Shown piece after piece: positions 48,981 through 61,686 of a stretch of DNA of 64,000 nucleotides (position 1 is its first letter; each line of letters begins with the position of its first letter). Source of the DNA: an uncultured Clostridia bacterium (GTDB lineage: Bacteria; Bacillota; Clostridia; Christensenellales; UBA1242); the NCBI GenBank assembly GCA_944384375.1, contig CALWTE010000017.1, positions 1,344 to 65,343 of the forward strand, given 5' to 3'. A program made the position numbers and the translations under genes. The notes beneath the pieces are model-generated. The model was given only the letters and a program-made list of their open reading frames with translations. It had not been told where the DNA came from and did not search any database.

Positions 48981-49008
48981 TTTAAATTAAGTTATTAACC
49001 ACAAATAC

Positions 49009-49040
49009 AAGAAAGCACTTTACTTTTAAAGTGCTTTCTT
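49009..49040. terminator. Bidirectional terminator between convergent genes
   Basis: Near-perfect stem aagaaagcacttta/aaagtgctttctt. Confidence 0.7.
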
Positions 49041-49069
49041 AATATCTCGCAATAAAACCACATAAAAGT

Positions 49070-49591
49070 TTAATATTCAAAATCCTTAGGATTGATAATT
49101 ATTAAATCATTGCCATTAACTTTTGCTAAACGTACGGTATTACCCGTTCCGCTCGGCTTGCCATTCCAACACGCTACGCAAAGGCTGGAATTTTCCACCA
49201 AAAACTTATTCCGCTCAATCATACAAGTTTTGGTATAATGCTTAGATAAAATAACTTTATCATCACACTGTTGCAAAATTCGTCTGTATCTCTCTTGTTG
49301 GGCTGGCTTCCAGAACTTTTCTTGTTCCAAACAAGGCACAATCGCGATTATTTGTAGATTGTGTTTTTTCTTTAAGTCTAACAAAATTTCTGTCCCTATC
49401 ATATCAAACCCTTCCGCCATACCAGTTAAAAAAGTAGTAAATCCATCACTAATTAACTTTTCAAAAATGATTTTTATTCTTTCTTTAAATTTTTTGCAAA
49501 TTAGATTATTTTCATTATATCCCCATGGTAAAGATTTAGGCCGATGCCCCGTCAAACAAACTGTAATATTTTTATTTATTTTTAATATCAT
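49070..49591 (-). CDS. SLOG-fold DUF1273/YpsA family protein
   Basis: 'VCLTGHRPKSL', 'FLTGMAEGFDM' and 'GKPSGTGNTV' fit the YpsA/DUF1273 pattern. Confidence 0.65.
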   Translation of the reverse strand: MILKINKNITVCLTGHRPKSLPWGYNENNLICKKFKERIKIIFEKLISDGFTTFLTGMAEGFDMIGTEILLDLKKKHNLQIIAIVPCLEQEKFWKPAQQERYRRILQQCDDKVILSKHYTKTCMIERNKFLVENSSLCVACWNGKPSGTGNTVRLAKVNGNDLIIINPKDFEY

Positions 49592-49747
49592 AAAATCTCC
49601 ATAAAATCTCCATTTCGGGTTTTCCCTAAATATTATATAGTAAAAATTTTTAAAAATAAAGCAAATGCCCGCTTTTCCTTAAATAAAAGCGTACTATATT
49701 TCGGCTAAAATGGCTATATATTGATAACACTAAATATGGGGGGCATT

Positions 49748-49996
49748 ATGAAACTAAACAAAGCATTTGCGTTAAGAGTGAGAGAGTTACTCAAAATAAA
49801 ACATATGACACAATACAAATTAGCGCAGGAAACGGGCTTATATCATAGCACTATGACCGATATTTTAAATTGCAAATATAAATCGGCAAATTTTCAAAAT
49901 ATGGCACTTATTATTAGAGCATTAGGCGTGTCTATGCCAGAATTTTTTGATAGTCCACTATTTGATTTTAATGATTTAGAAATTGAAGAAAAGTAA
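49748..49996 (+). CDS. XRE-family HTH transcriptional regulator
   Basis: 'RVRELLKIKHMTQYKLAQETGLYHSTMTDILN'. ATG 49748 sits behind a gggggg RBS. Confidence 0.7.
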   Translation: MKLNKAFALRVRELLKIKHMTQYKLAQETGLYHSTMTDILNCKYKSANFQNMALIIRALGVSMPEFFDSPLFDFNDLEIEEK

Positions 49997-50033
49997 GGCA
50001 ATAATTTAAAGAAAGTTAAGTTTTGGGGGCTAA

Positions 50034-50459
50034 ATGTCTGATTTTATAAGTTGTGTAAAAAACGTTTTAGAAGAACAAAATAAAACTACGGAAGATTTAT
50101 TTAAAGTCGGCGTTATTCCCAAAAACACTTTTTATAAATATAGACACCGCTATCCTAGTTTAAGTTCATTACTCAAAATTGCAAATTATCTTTGTGTAAA
50201 TGTGGACTATTTGCTAGATTTAAGAGATACAAATAATTTTAAACCTTACAAATTAGAACAAGAAAATTTAAATCAAACTATTGTTGCCCTAATTAACAAT
50301 TTAGGCAAATCGCAAAGGGAATTTAGCAAAGAATTAGATATTTCAAGGGCAAATTTACAGCGTTGGAAAAAGGGGACAAGCCCTAATGTACAGACACTTA
50401 TAGAAATATCAAAATATTTCAATGTGCCGATTGACGACTTGCTAGAAAAAAGCAATTAA
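50034..50459 (+). CDS. Tandem-HTH (XRE-like) regulator, paralog of 13619-14035
   Basis: 'LLKIANYLCVNVDYLLD' and 'KSQREFSKELDISRANLQRWKKG..IEISKYFNVPIDDLL'. Same two-module layout as 13619-14035. Confidence 0.65.
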   Translation: MSDFISCVKNVLEEQNKTTEDLFKVGVIPKNTFYKYRHRYPSLSSLLKIANYLCVNVDYLLDLRDTNNFKPYKLEQENLNQTIVALINNLGKSQREFSKELDISRANLQRWKKGTSPNVQTLIEISKYFNVPIDDLLEKSN

Positions 50460-50521
50460 AATAAATGATTTATTAACAAACACTAAAATAAATTAAATAA
50501 AAAATATAAAAAGAAGGGAAT

Positions 50522-50824
50522 ATGACAAGTAAAGAAGTTTTGTTTAGGTTGGGTTATGTTAGGAATTCGGCTAATCTTTCGGCACGGGAATTAAGTTTAC
50601 GTTTGGGAATGAGCCCGCAGTATGTAGCGCAAGTGGAACGCGGAAGAATAGTTTTAACTGTTGAAAAATTATTGCAAATTTTGGAAATTTGTAACTTTCC
50701 TATTGAAAGATTTTTTTGCCCGAATATTGAAGATTATTATGTAGATAGCGAACTTGAAAGTTTAATTCAATCTATGCCCGCAAACAAAAAGAAGAATTTA
50801 ATTGAATTTATCAAAAATAATTAA
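50522..50824 (+). CDS. XRE-family HTH transcriptional regulator
   Basis: 'LSARELSLRLGMSPQYVAQVERGRIVLTVEKLLQILEI'. Confidence 0.7.
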   Translation: MTSKEVLFRLGYVRNSANLSARELSLRLGMSPQYVAQVERGRIVLTVEKLLQILEICNFPIERFFCPNIEDYYVDSELESLIQSMPANKKKNLIEFIKNN

Positions 50825-50920
50825 AATTTATGTTTTTTAATAATTTCATTTACCCCTATGTCTATTGACGAAAATGCTGTTTTGGTGTATAATTCTGCCT
50901 AGTAAAAGGCAGGTGGAAAT

Positions 50921-53131
50921 ATGGCAGACAAAAAAGAAGTCAGTAGCATTAGATACAGTATAGACGGCAAAAAGGGTAAATACACGGGGACTGTAAATAC
51001 GGGGTTGTTGAATAACCAGCCAGACGGTTACGGGAAAATTGTTTTTATGAATGGTGATGTAATAGAAGGGCGTTTTAAAAATGGCGCTTTTATTAAGGGC
51101 AAAGCAATTTCTAGCAAGGGTACAGTTTTAGAAGGTGAGTTTGATAACTTGCATTTTTTAAGCGGAAAAATTACATTCCCAAATGGCGACTACATAACGG
51201 GAGCGACTGACTCCAAAACAAAGCAGTTTAAGACTACAGATTTTAGAAAAACTTATAAATTTGGCGAAGTGATTCAAGGGCAATATGCTTATAATGATAA
51301 AACAGCGCCAAAAATACAGGCAGTTATTACTTATCCAGACGGCAACACCATTGCGGGCGAATTTGCCGAAGTTGAAGCCCCAAAGGAATACTATCCTTTA
51401 AACTTTTATTTAGGCACGTATGCTTGCACAAAGGCACAGGCTACATTTAATCTTTCGCAAAATTCTAAGATAAAAGCAAAACTTACGGGCGATATTACTA
51501 AATACGATTATGATTCATTTGCGATTAAAGGCGTGTATGAATATGATTCGGGAGAAACCTACAAAATTTTTGAAGGCGATTTCGTGATAAGGACAATGCC
51601 TTATAGTGACAACCCGTACAACGATAGTTCTTACCATAATTTTAGCGAAAATTTTGAGAGCCATTCCGATGATGCACAAGACGAATGCAAGAAGAATTAC
51701 GAAAAAGCCTTCAAAGTGAAAAATCTTGACTATATTTATTCCATTCTTTTTGAACGTGGTTCCGTTTTGATAAAAGACAATAATGGAAGTTTTAATGGGG
51801 TAAAGTTGGGGATAGAGCAGGCAAATTCAAATAATTATATCACCGAATCTTGTATATATAAAGGTACTTTGACGAATAAAGACAACACAACTAAGATTAC
51901 AGGTGAATTTGATTTAATGCTAAATCCTTTATCTGGTACTGTGGAAATTTTGCCGCACGAAAGATTTGCTGCGACTTTTAAAGGTAAGTTTAGCAAAACT
52001 CACAAGCATAACCATGATTCGTTTAATACCACGTTTGAGGGGATATTTGATTCGGCTAAGACGCATAGAGAAGGTATCTTTGACGGAGATATTGTTTTAA
52101 AACGTGGCGCAAACAAAATGCTAAGTGCAATGGACGTTAAACTAGATTTTATAAAAGGTAGTTTTACACAAGTTATGCTAAACGGCAACACCTTTGACGG
52201 AAAAATTTACGAACCACACAGTTTGGAGCAAGAGTTGTACAATATTACGCAATCTAGTTTTGCAAAGGATATTTATGCAATAGGTACTCTGCGCAGAGAA
52301 GATAGCAAGGGTAATTTGATTTTTAATAAACACGGGCTTTTTGATAAAAACTACAATCATTTAGAAGGCGATGTGGACGAAAAACGCACCCTTGATGATA
52401 GAACAGTTCATTTTGTAGGAAACAAAACTTTTAATATTGAACAGAATATGTTTGGTTATTCGGGGCTGCTTAAATATGCCGATAATGGCGATTATTATGA
52501 CGGCGAATTCGCAGAAGATTTTGCTTTTCAAAAAGGTAAACTACGTGAGCATTACGAAAACGGTACAATTTTTACGGGCGCTACACAAGATTTGCAAACT
52601 TATGAAGGCAAACTAGAACGCAAAGACGACTTTTGGCAAAGTGGTAACTTTACTTTGGAAAATGGCGAAATTACATTTACAAAAGGTAATACATTAGTTT
52701 ATTTTGATAGGCCAGACAAGTTATATTGTTTTGCTCAGTATGACGAAAATGGCTTTGAAAATTTTGATAACTACAAGTACATTTGCAATATCAAGTCTAA
52801 TAAAAATCAAAAAACTAATTTGATTGCAGCTAATAGTATTAGTGAAGCGGTGGTTGAATACGATTATCGCGAAAAACTAGAAAACCCAACCATAAATAAC
52901 GATGCCGAAGTCTATACAAAAGAACAAATGCAAAAAATGATTGATAATGTCGTAGCAAAATATGAAGCACAAATTGAAAAAATGAATAATGATAAGAAAG
53001 CAAAAGAACGTGCGGTTTCACAAGGTTTGGGCGGAATCGCGGTCGCACTGCACGGAATAGGGGACGAACTAGAAAAAGAAGTGCAAAAACGTAAAGATAT
53101 ACAGCAACAGCAACTAGCAAAACAACAGTAG
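50921..53131 (+). CDS. MORN-like repeat protein with a C-terminal coiled-coil
   Basis: 736 aa with recurring 'G.Y.G....G..DGYGK..F.NGD..EG.F.NG' type units. RBS aggtggaaatATG. Confidence 0.5.
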   Translation: MADKKEVSSIRYSIDGKKGKYTGTVNTGLLNNQPDGYGKIVFMNGDVIEGRFKNGAFIKGKAISSKGTVLEGEFDNLHFLSGKITFPNGDYITGATDSKTKQFKTTDFRKTYKFGEVIQGQYAYNDKTAPKIQAVITYPDGNTIAGEFAEVEAPKEYYPLNFYLGTYACTKAQATFNLSQNSKIKAKLTGDITKYDYDSFAIKGVYEYDSGETYKIFEGDFVIRTMPYSDNPYNDSSYHNFSENFESHSDDAQDECKKNYEKAFKVKNLDYIYSILFERGSVLIKDNNGSFNGVKLGIEQANSNNYITESCIYKGTLTNKDNTTKITGEFDLMLNPLSGTVEILPHERFAATFKGKFSKTHKHNHDSFNTTFEGIFDSAKTHREGIFDGDIVLKRGANKMLSAMDVKLDFIKGSFTQVMLNGNTFDGKIYEPHSLEQELYNITQSSFAKDIYAIGTLRREDSKGNLIFNKHGLFDKNYNHLEGDVDEKRTLDDRTVHFVGNKTFNIEQNMFGYSGLLKYADNGDYYDGEFAEDFAFQKGKLREHYENGTIFTGATQDLQTYEGKLERKDDFWQSGNFTLENGEITFTKGNTLVYFDRPDKLYCFAQYDENGFENFDNYKYICNIKSNKNQKTNLIAANSISEAVVEYDYREKLENPTINNDAEVYTKEQMQKMIDNVVAKYEAQIEKMNNDKKAKERAVSQGLGGIAVALHGIGDELEKEVQKRKDIQQQQLAKQQ

Positions 53132-53185
53132 AAAGCAAAATATAATCACAATCAAAATTACGTAAAAATTATAAAAAATACTTTG

Positions 53186-53464
53186 TTTTTGCATTGATAA
53201 TTGCGTAAAAAATAAATATTAGTAAAAATCTGCTTAAATTATGCTTTTGATTATTGTTTTTTGCATCGATAGTTGCCTAAAATTAAACTAACACTAAAAT
53301 ATATGATTGTAAAAATTACCAAACTGCTTTTTTAATAATTCAACAAACTAAAAACAAAGGAAATAAAACATTAATTATTAATAAATACATTAAAAGCAAG
53401 TAAATTGAGTGAAAATACTGAAATAATACCTTTGATTTTTGCGTAAGTAATTGCATAAAAAAAA
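53186..53464. repeat. Three copies of a T5-GCNT..TA.TTGCN-TAAAA motif in a convergent intergenic region
   Basis: tttttgcattgataattgcgtaaaaaa (53186-53212), ttttttgcatcgatagttgcctaaaa (53257-53282) and tttttgcgtaagtaattgcataaaaaaaa (53436-53464). Confidence 0.6.
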
Positions 53465-53819
53465 TAGTGCAAAAATAAAATAAAAATTGACTAAAAAAGA
53501 AAAACAATAAAAAAGTAAATTTATTAAAAGTAAAAATATAATCACAAATAATAAAAAAATGATGCACTTTTGCATCATTTTTTTGTTTTAAGTAGGTTTT
53601 ATTCTTTTGTTTAATAAATTAAATAGTAGATTATTTTAGTAAATAGTAATTAATTAACCACAAATATAATAATATTAATAATCATTATTAAATAAATTAT
53701 GTTTAATTAAATTGTTATTAATAAATTATAAAACTGAAATAAAAATTTTTATTATTTTATAGTAAATTTTAATTAAATTTTTTACTAATCTTTAAAAGAT
53801 TATGCTAAATTTAATAAAA

Positions 53820-56711
53820 TTATTCTTCTTCGTCTTCGTCATCTAGTGGGGTATTAAGCAAAGCATCAATGTCTAGTTCGGCGGTAGTGTCGGTGGAAAT
53901 TCCAAACAATTCATAGCCGTTTTTTGCTTGTACGTCTAGTACTTCGCTAGTTGGTTCGTTTTCAGTTGTGGCATTTTCTGTATTTAAATTTTCTGCCATT
54001 TCGGCATTATTTAAGTTATTTTTATTATTATTTGAAGTATTTTCGTTGTTTTCTAAGTTATTTCCCTTATTTTCTAAGTTGATTGTACTATCTAAGTTGT
54101 TTTCAGCACTATTTAAGTTTTCTGTATTTTCTTGATTATTTTCGCCGTTTAAATCGCTTTTTTCTTCTGGCTCGTTGGCTTCTGGCGGAACGGTCGCGAT
54201 ACTTGCAATAGTATTGCCCGCACGCAATTTCATCATACGCACACCCATTGAGTGTCTGCTAACTTTCCTAACGTCATTAGAACTAATACGTATTGTCGTA
54301 CCGTTGTTGGTAATTAACATAATGTCGTCATCTAGGTTGATTTGCCTTAGACCTACCAAATCGCCCGTTTTTTCGTTAAATTCGCCAGCACGAACACCCA
54401 TACCGCCACGAGATTGTAGCCTGTAATCATTGATATCACTGCGTTTCCCAAAGGCATTTGAAGTAATAGTCAGCACTTCATTATTGCCTTTAATTACGCA
54501 CATATCCACAAGTGTCGCATCTTCAGGAATACGCATTGCACGTACGCCGCGTGCGCCTCTACCCATAGCACGAATATTCATTTCGCTAAAACGAATACAC
54601 TTGCCGTTGCTAGAAGCCACCAAAATTTCGTCGTTGCCGTCACTGCGTTCTACCTTGATTAGTTCGTCGCCGTCATCAAGGGTGATAGCGCGCTTGCCGA
54701 CTTTCATAATGTTAAAGAATTGGTCAATAGGTGTCTTTTTGATTAGCCCGCGTTTTGTTACCATTACAAGATATCCGTTAGGGCTTACTGCGTCAATAAA
54801 GTCGTCTGTGGTACTTTCTTGTTCGGTTTCTTCTACTGTGTCGTCTTCGTCAGTTTGAGTATAAGTTGGTTTTTTGCCAAACATTTCATAAGGTAGGCAA
54901 ATAACCGCCGTTGCATGCTCGTCTTGATTGAGTTGTAGTAGGTTAATTATTGCACGGCCTTTGCTCGTCTTACTGCCTTCTGGCACTTCGTACGCCTTGA
55001 TTGAATAAACTTTACCTAAGTTAGTAAAGAATAGCAAACTATCGTGCGTGTTAGCCATAAACAACCTGTTTACATAGTCGTTGTCTTTTGATTTGTGTGT
55101 CGTAATTCCAAAACCGCCACGGTTCTGCGTGTGGTATTCGCTTAGCGCCATACGTTTAATATAACCTTGTGAAGTCATAGAAACGACAGTATCTTCTTTC
55201 GCAATCAAGTCTTCAATATCAATGTTGCCGATGTCGTGGCTGATTTCAGATTTACGGTCAGTATTGTATTTTTCTTTAATTTCGGTTAATTCTTTTGCAA
55301 TGATTGCTAACTTTTTGTGCGGGTTGTCTAGAATAGATTGCAATTCCACAATTAAAGCTTGCAAGTCGCGTAATTCTTGTTGCAATTTTTCAACTTCTAG
55401 TGCGGTTAGCCTTGCAAGACGCATATCAAGTATAGCGTTTGCTTGTTTTTCAGTCAGCTCAAAGTTTTGGCAAAGTCTAGCCATTGCATCGCTTCGCTCA
55501 CGGCTGGTCTTTATTATTTGGATAACTTCGTCAATGTTGGCTAGGGCAATCACCAAACCTTCTATAATGTGCGCTCTTTCTTTTGCTCGCTCAAGGTCGT
55601 AAATAGTACGGCGGGTGATTACTTCCTTTTGATGTTCAAGGTAGTAGTAAAGCATTTCTTTTAGGTTAAGCACTTTTGGCGTGCCGTCTACTAGCGCAAG
55701 GAAGATAATTCCGTTACTTACTTGTAATTGAGAATGCTTAAACAATAAATTCAGTACGACTTGCGGGTTTGCTTCGCGTTTTAAATCAATAACAATACGC
55801 ATACCTTGTCTGTCTGATTCTTCTTTAATGTCGGCAATACCCTCAATTCGCTTGTCTTTTACAAGGTTTGCAATCTGCACAATAAGTTGCGCCTTGTTTA
55901 CCTGATAAGGAATTTCAGTAACCACGATTTTTGCGCGGTTGCCGTCGTCTTCAATCTCCGTTTTGGCACGCACGATTACTTTACCGTGCCCCGTCTTGTA
56001 TGCTTGCCTAATGCCCATTCGCCCCATAATTACACCACCAGTAGGGTAGTCAGGTGCCTTGATATAGGTCATAAGTTCGTCAATTTCAATGTCGGGGTTG
56101 TTAATTAGCGCTATCACGCCGTCAATCACTTCGCCTAGGTTGTGTGGCGGAATACTTGTCGCCATACCCACAGCAATACCGTCTGCACCGTTTACCAGCA
56201 AATTAGGGAAACGGCTAGGCAAGACGCTAGGCTGTTGCAAAGTGTCGTCATAGTTTGGCACAAAGTCCACACTGTCTTTGTCAATGTCTCGCATCATTTC
56301 GCCCGCGAGTTTGCTCATACGTGCTTCGGTATAACGGCTGGCAGCGGCTGGGTCGCCGTCCACACTACCAAAGTTACCTTGCCCTTGAATTAGGGGAGCA
56401 CGCATAGTAAAAGGTTGCGCTAGACGTACTAACGCATCATAAACCGCACTGTCGCCGTGTGGGTGATACTTACCCAAAACGTCACCTACAATACGCGCAG
56501 ACTTTCTAAAAGGCTTGTCATTTGTGTAGCCTTGTTCGTGCATACTGTATAGAATTCGGCGGTGTACTGGCTTTAAACCGTCACGCACATCGGGAATGGC
56601 ACGGCTAACATTAACCGCCATAGCGTATGCAATAAAACTTTTTTTCATTTCGTCCACAACAGGGACTTTAACGATTTTTAAATTCTCGTTACTGAATGAT
56701 TTTTCTTCCAT
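53820..56711 (-). CDS. gyrA: DNA gyrase subunit A with an extended N/E-rich low-complexity and acidic C-terminal tail
   Basis: '[28 protein letters not shown]', '[20 protein letters not shown]' and '[22 protein letters not shown]'. The ORF is 963 aa versus roughly 820-840 typical. Confidence 0.95.
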   Translation of the reverse strand: MEEKSFSNENLKIVKVPVVDEMKKSFIAYAMAVNVSRAIPDVRDGLKPVHRRILYSMHEQGYTNDKPFRKSARIVGDVLGKYHPHGDSAVYDALVRLAQPFTMRAPLIQGQGNFGSVDGDPAAASRYTEARMSKLAGEMMRDIDKDSVDFVPNYDDTLQQPSVLPSRFPNLLVNGADGIAVGMATSIPPHNLGEVIDGVIALINNPDIEIDELMTYIKAPDYPTGGVIMGRMGIRQAYKTGHGKVIVRAKTEIEDDGNRAKIVVTEIPYQVNKAQLIVQIANLVKDKRIEGIADIKEESDRQGMRIVIDLKREANPQVVLNLLFKHSQLQVSNGIIFLALVDGTPKVLNLKEMLYYYLEHQKEVITRRTIYDLERAKERAHIIEGLVIALANIDEVIQIIKTSRERSDAMARLCQNFELTEKQANAILDMRLARLTALEVEKLQQELRDLQALIVELQSILDNPHKKLAIIAKELTEIKEKYNTDRKSEISHDIGNIDIEDLIAKEDTVVSMTSQGYIKRMALSEYHTQNRGGFGITTHKSKDNDYVNRLFMANTHDSLLFFTNLGKVYSIKAYEVPEGSKTSKGRAIINLLQLNQDEHATAVICLPYEMFGKKPTYTQTDEDDTVEETEQESTTDDFIDAVSPNGYLVMVTKRGLIKKTPIDQFFNIMKVGKRAITLDDGDELIKVERSDGNDEILVASSNGKCIRFSEMNIRAMGRGARGVRAMRIPEDATLVDMCVIKGNNEVLTITSNAFGKRSDINDYRLQSRGGMGVRAGEFNEKTGDLVGLRQINLDDDIMLITNNGTTIRISSNDVRKVSRHSMGVRMMKLRAGNTIASIATVPPEANEPEEKSDLNGENNQENTENLNSAENNLDSTINLENKGNNLENNENTSNNNKNNLNNAEMAENLNTENATTENEPTSEVLDVQAKNGYELFGISTDTTAELDIDALLNTPLDDEDEEE

Positions 56712-56979
56712 AATAAAACCTACTTAAAAATTTTTTGTTAAATAATTATAATTACTAAATTTTAATTAAATATTGTAAAATTATTTGTTAAATTATTGAT
56801 TAATTATAAATATCAAGATTAAATATCATATTAAATAATTTTTTGAATGATATTAAATAATGAGATAATATTTAAATAAATTATATATTAGATATATAGA
56901 TATATTAAATAAATAAGATTAATAAAATTGCCTTAATTTTCCACATTTTCCACAATTAGTGGATATTTTTAATAAATTT

Positions 56980-57372
56980 TTAATAAATTGCTCTATAACC
57001 AGCGGGCAGGGGAATTATAGCCTTTAATGGCGGTATAGGTTGTAGTGCAATAATGGGGGCGACTGGCATTGTAGGAAAAGTTTGGTTGATATATGGAGAA
57101 TTCAAATTGTAAACAATATAACAATCTTCTATTACTTCTCCGAAATAACCAGAATTGTTGTAAAATACTTGTTTATCTTTATCAAATTTTGCTATTGCTC
57201 TGTGTGTATCTTCGTCATATAAATAGCCATTGCTACTATAATAGCCATAGGCCGAACCATTTACACTATAAAGGTAAATATCACTTTTTAAGTTAGAACC
57301 ACAACCTACGAAACAAAAACAAAGAACAAATAAACAACATATTAAACATAAATTTTGTAGATATTTAGTCAT
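56980..57372 (-). CDS. Putative lipoprotein
   Basis: Signal peptide with lipobox 'LCFCFVGCGS'. 130 aa. Confidence 0.6.
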   Translation of the reverse strand: MTKYLQNLCLICCLFVLCFCFVGCGSNLKSDIYLYSVNGSAYGYYSSNGYLYDEDTHRAIAKFDKDKQVFYNNSGYFGEVIEDCYIVYNLNSPYINQTFPTMPVAPIIALQPIPPLKAIIPLPAGYRAIY

Positions 57373-57475
57373 AATAAAACCTTTATTTTTTCTTTAACTT
57401 TTAATATAAATTTAAATGCTAAATTAATAAATATTATATTGAATATTAAACATAATGATAAATAAAAATATATTC

Positions 57476-57545
57476 CAGCCTTCATTTTCAATTTTCAATT
57501 TTCAATTCCACTACACGAAATGTGTAGTGGCTGTTTTCAATTCCA
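57476..57545 (+). repeat. TTTTCAAT-repeat structured element (third locus)
   Basis: cagccttcaTTTTCAATTTTCAATTTTCAATT, then a perfect 9-bp hairpin ccactacac-gaaat-gtgtagtgg (57508-57530), then ctgTTTTCAATTcc. Confidence 0.8.
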
Positions 57546-57698
57546 CAAAATCGCGAATTTTAAGATTAACTTTTTTGCGCAAGAATTTTGCGGAAGACAA
57601 GGAACGAGTGTTTTTTAGGGCGCGCGGTGTATTAGACATACATAAGCGGTCTAAAAAGTATGAGCGACGCAGTATTACACAAAATTCTAAAGCAAAAA

Positions 57699-59663
<1,965 letters not shown>

Positions 59664-59943
59664 CTAATTAGGCTAAATTTAGAGCATCAAAAATCGTATA
59701 ATTTTGCCATTTTCAAACAAGCCCAAAAATCGTTAAAATTTAGCATTTTTATTTAAGCCAAAAAACCGTCTATTTTTGAGATTTTTAAACAAGTCTAAAA
59801 ACCATAAAATTGAGATTGTCAAAAATGCTCGCAAAGCCTTTTGCTAAGGGGAATTTTCATTCCTAAACATTATATCAAAAAATTGCAAAAATGTCAATTT
59901 TTAAAGGCAAAAAAACTAACTTTTTCCACCTGCAAAAATTGTC

Positions 59944-60016
59944 AAATTTTCACTCCAAATTTCACCTAAAATTTTACCCTAAATTCCACTTAAAGTTTTA
60001 CCCTAAATTCCACCCC
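59944..60016 (+). repeat. Tandem repeat, 12-13 bp x 6 (AAATTYYCACYY), with a 24-bp higher-order unit
   Basis: Units: aaattttcactcc / aaatttcaccta / aaattttaccct / aaattccactta / aagttttaccct / aaattccacccc. ttttaccctaaattccac is repeated exactly at 59972 and 59996. Confidence 0.85.
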
Positions 60017-60342
60017 GTTTTTTGTACAAAATGCACAAAATATTTCATATATAAATTTGGGATAGAATGTACAAAAAAAATTACATATAAATTTTAAAAG
60101 AAAAAGCAATATAAATATTTTAATCACTGTAAAAGATATTGCCAAAAATTTAGCAAGTTTAGGGTGAAAAACAGCAAAATTTACTCTTAATTTTTAGTGT
60201 AAATGCAATTAAAATTGTTTTAAAAATTAATATAAAAAGTTATATTTTTATTAAAAAATTAAAAATTTAAGTCAAACTTTATAAAATATAGCAAAAAATT
60301 AAAAAAGCATTTAATCTTTTAATAATTAAATGCTTTTTACTA

Positions 60343-61275
60343 TTATAACGGTTGATATGCTTTATTTTTCAAAAATTCTTTTATATATATTTCGTCTTTG
60401 CCTTCGTAATAATCAATTAATAAATCGCGGAAAGTATCAACATTTTCGTTTGGTATGGCAATTAGCCCTTTTGCATGGCTGATTAGTAAATGATTTGCAA
60501 TAATTACAGCGGTACGCTTGTTTCCGTCTAGAAAAATTTGTTTTTTCATTACATAGAGTAGTAGTTCTATCGCTTTATCTACTATATCTAGTTTAGAATT
60601 AATTAATTTGTCTAAATCGTCTCTAATTTGGCTCTCTATTGGTAATTCGGGTTTCCAGTTTGTCCCGCCTATGCTCACAGGGGTAGAACGCAATTTGCCT
60701 GCGTTATAGTAAAAACCTTGTTCAATAAGACGGTTTATATCACACAAAAGCGCAAAATTTGTGGGGCTAGTGATTACACCTTTATTTAGAATTAACTCCC
60801 ACGCATGCTTTAGATTGACAACTTTTAAGATGTCGGTTGCCGTCATATCGCGCACTTTTCCACCTTCAATTATGGTTTCCGTATCGGCATAAGTCGTGGC
60901 AATACCTTCTAAAACTGCCTGTTTAAAAATAGTATTTACCATATTTTTACGTGCAAAATCAATATTTAAGGCGACTTTTTCGTCTAAATCTTGCTCTACA
61001 ACTCCCGCGGCATGCAACTCTTTCTCTAATGAACGTAAATCTTTTTTTATTGCTTTGGCACGTATATTGTTATTTAAAATTAAGTTATATAAATCGTCTG
61101 TATATTCGCCCACATACTTAGTCAAAGGCAGCCCGTCATCTCTAAAATGCACATATATATACTTTTTTCCTTTTTGCGTGCGAATTTCTACTGAACCATA
61201 GATTAAATTTGCTAATTCATTTACTAGACGATTTTTTTCGTTTATTTTTTCAATAATTTCAATTTTATTTTCCAT
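60343..61275 (-). CDS. Fic/Doc-fold protein with a non-canonical motif QxFxDGNKR (Gln where the catalytic His is expected)
   Basis: 'KKQIFLDGNKRTAVIIANHLL', to be compared with Doc HxFxD(A/G)NKR and Fic HPFxxGNGR. Start at ATG 61275 behind aggagt. Confidence 0.6.
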   Translation of the reverse strand: MENKIEIIEKINEKNRLVNELANLIYGSVEIRTQKGKKYIYVHFRDDGLPLTKYVGEYTDDLYNLILNNNIRAKAIKKDLRSLEKELHAAGVVEQDLDEKVALNIDFARKNMVNTIFKQAVLEGIATTYADTETIIEGGKVRDMTATDILKVVNLKHAWELILNKGVITSPTNFALLCDINRLIEQGFYYNAGKLRSTPVSIGGTNWKPELPIESQIRDDLDKLINSKLDIVDKAIELLLYVMKKQIFLDGNKRTAVIIANHLLISHAKGLIAIPNENVDTFRDLLIDYYEGKDEIYIKEFLKNKAYQPL

Positions 61276-61293
61276 ATTATACTCCTGCAATTT

Positions 61294-61345
61294 TAAAATG
61301 TGAAACAAATTTACTTAAATTTTATCATTTTGTTTCACATATTAT
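61294..61345. repeat. IR element U1: ATGTGAAACA-N23-TGTTTCACAT
   Basis: Arms at 61298-61307 and 61331-61340 (12-bp perfect complementarity). Lies 23 nt upstream of the Doc-like gene start. Confidence 0.85.
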
Positions 61346-61357
61346 ACCACAAAAAAT

Positions 61358-61410
61358 AAAAATGTGAAACATTTTTGGCAAAATTTCTTCAAAATGTTTC
61401 ACATATAGAA
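61358..61410. repeat. IR element U2: ATGTGAAACA-N23-TGTTTCACAT
   Basis: Arms at 61362-61371 and 61395-61404 (14-bp perfect complementarity). Ends ..tgtttcacatatagaaa, as U3 does. Confidence 0.85.
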
Positions 61411-61686
61411 ACAAAGTTACAAATATCAAGAACAAATTTTTCATAAATAATGCTATAAAAATGCTTTATATAAATAAAAGAAAGAAATACAAAATTTTAA
61501 TATAAAATAGTTTTATAAATGGTATTATGCTAACGTAATTTACGTAAATATGTGCAATTTTTAGTCGTTTTTTATATCTTTATCGGTAAAAACATATAAG
61601 AAAACATATAAGAAAACATATAAGATACTTGATTTTTTTGGTGAATTTGGCTATAATAGTTTTATAAATTATATGAGGTAGTAGCT

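Noticed and set aside
53820-54180. N/E-rich C-terminal extension of GyrA and the acidic tail of RecF, considered as functional novel domains
   Set aside because: Low-complexity Asn/Glu/Asp expansions are common in very AT-rich genomes and are probably compositional. They are noted in the features but not promoted to a GyrA finding.
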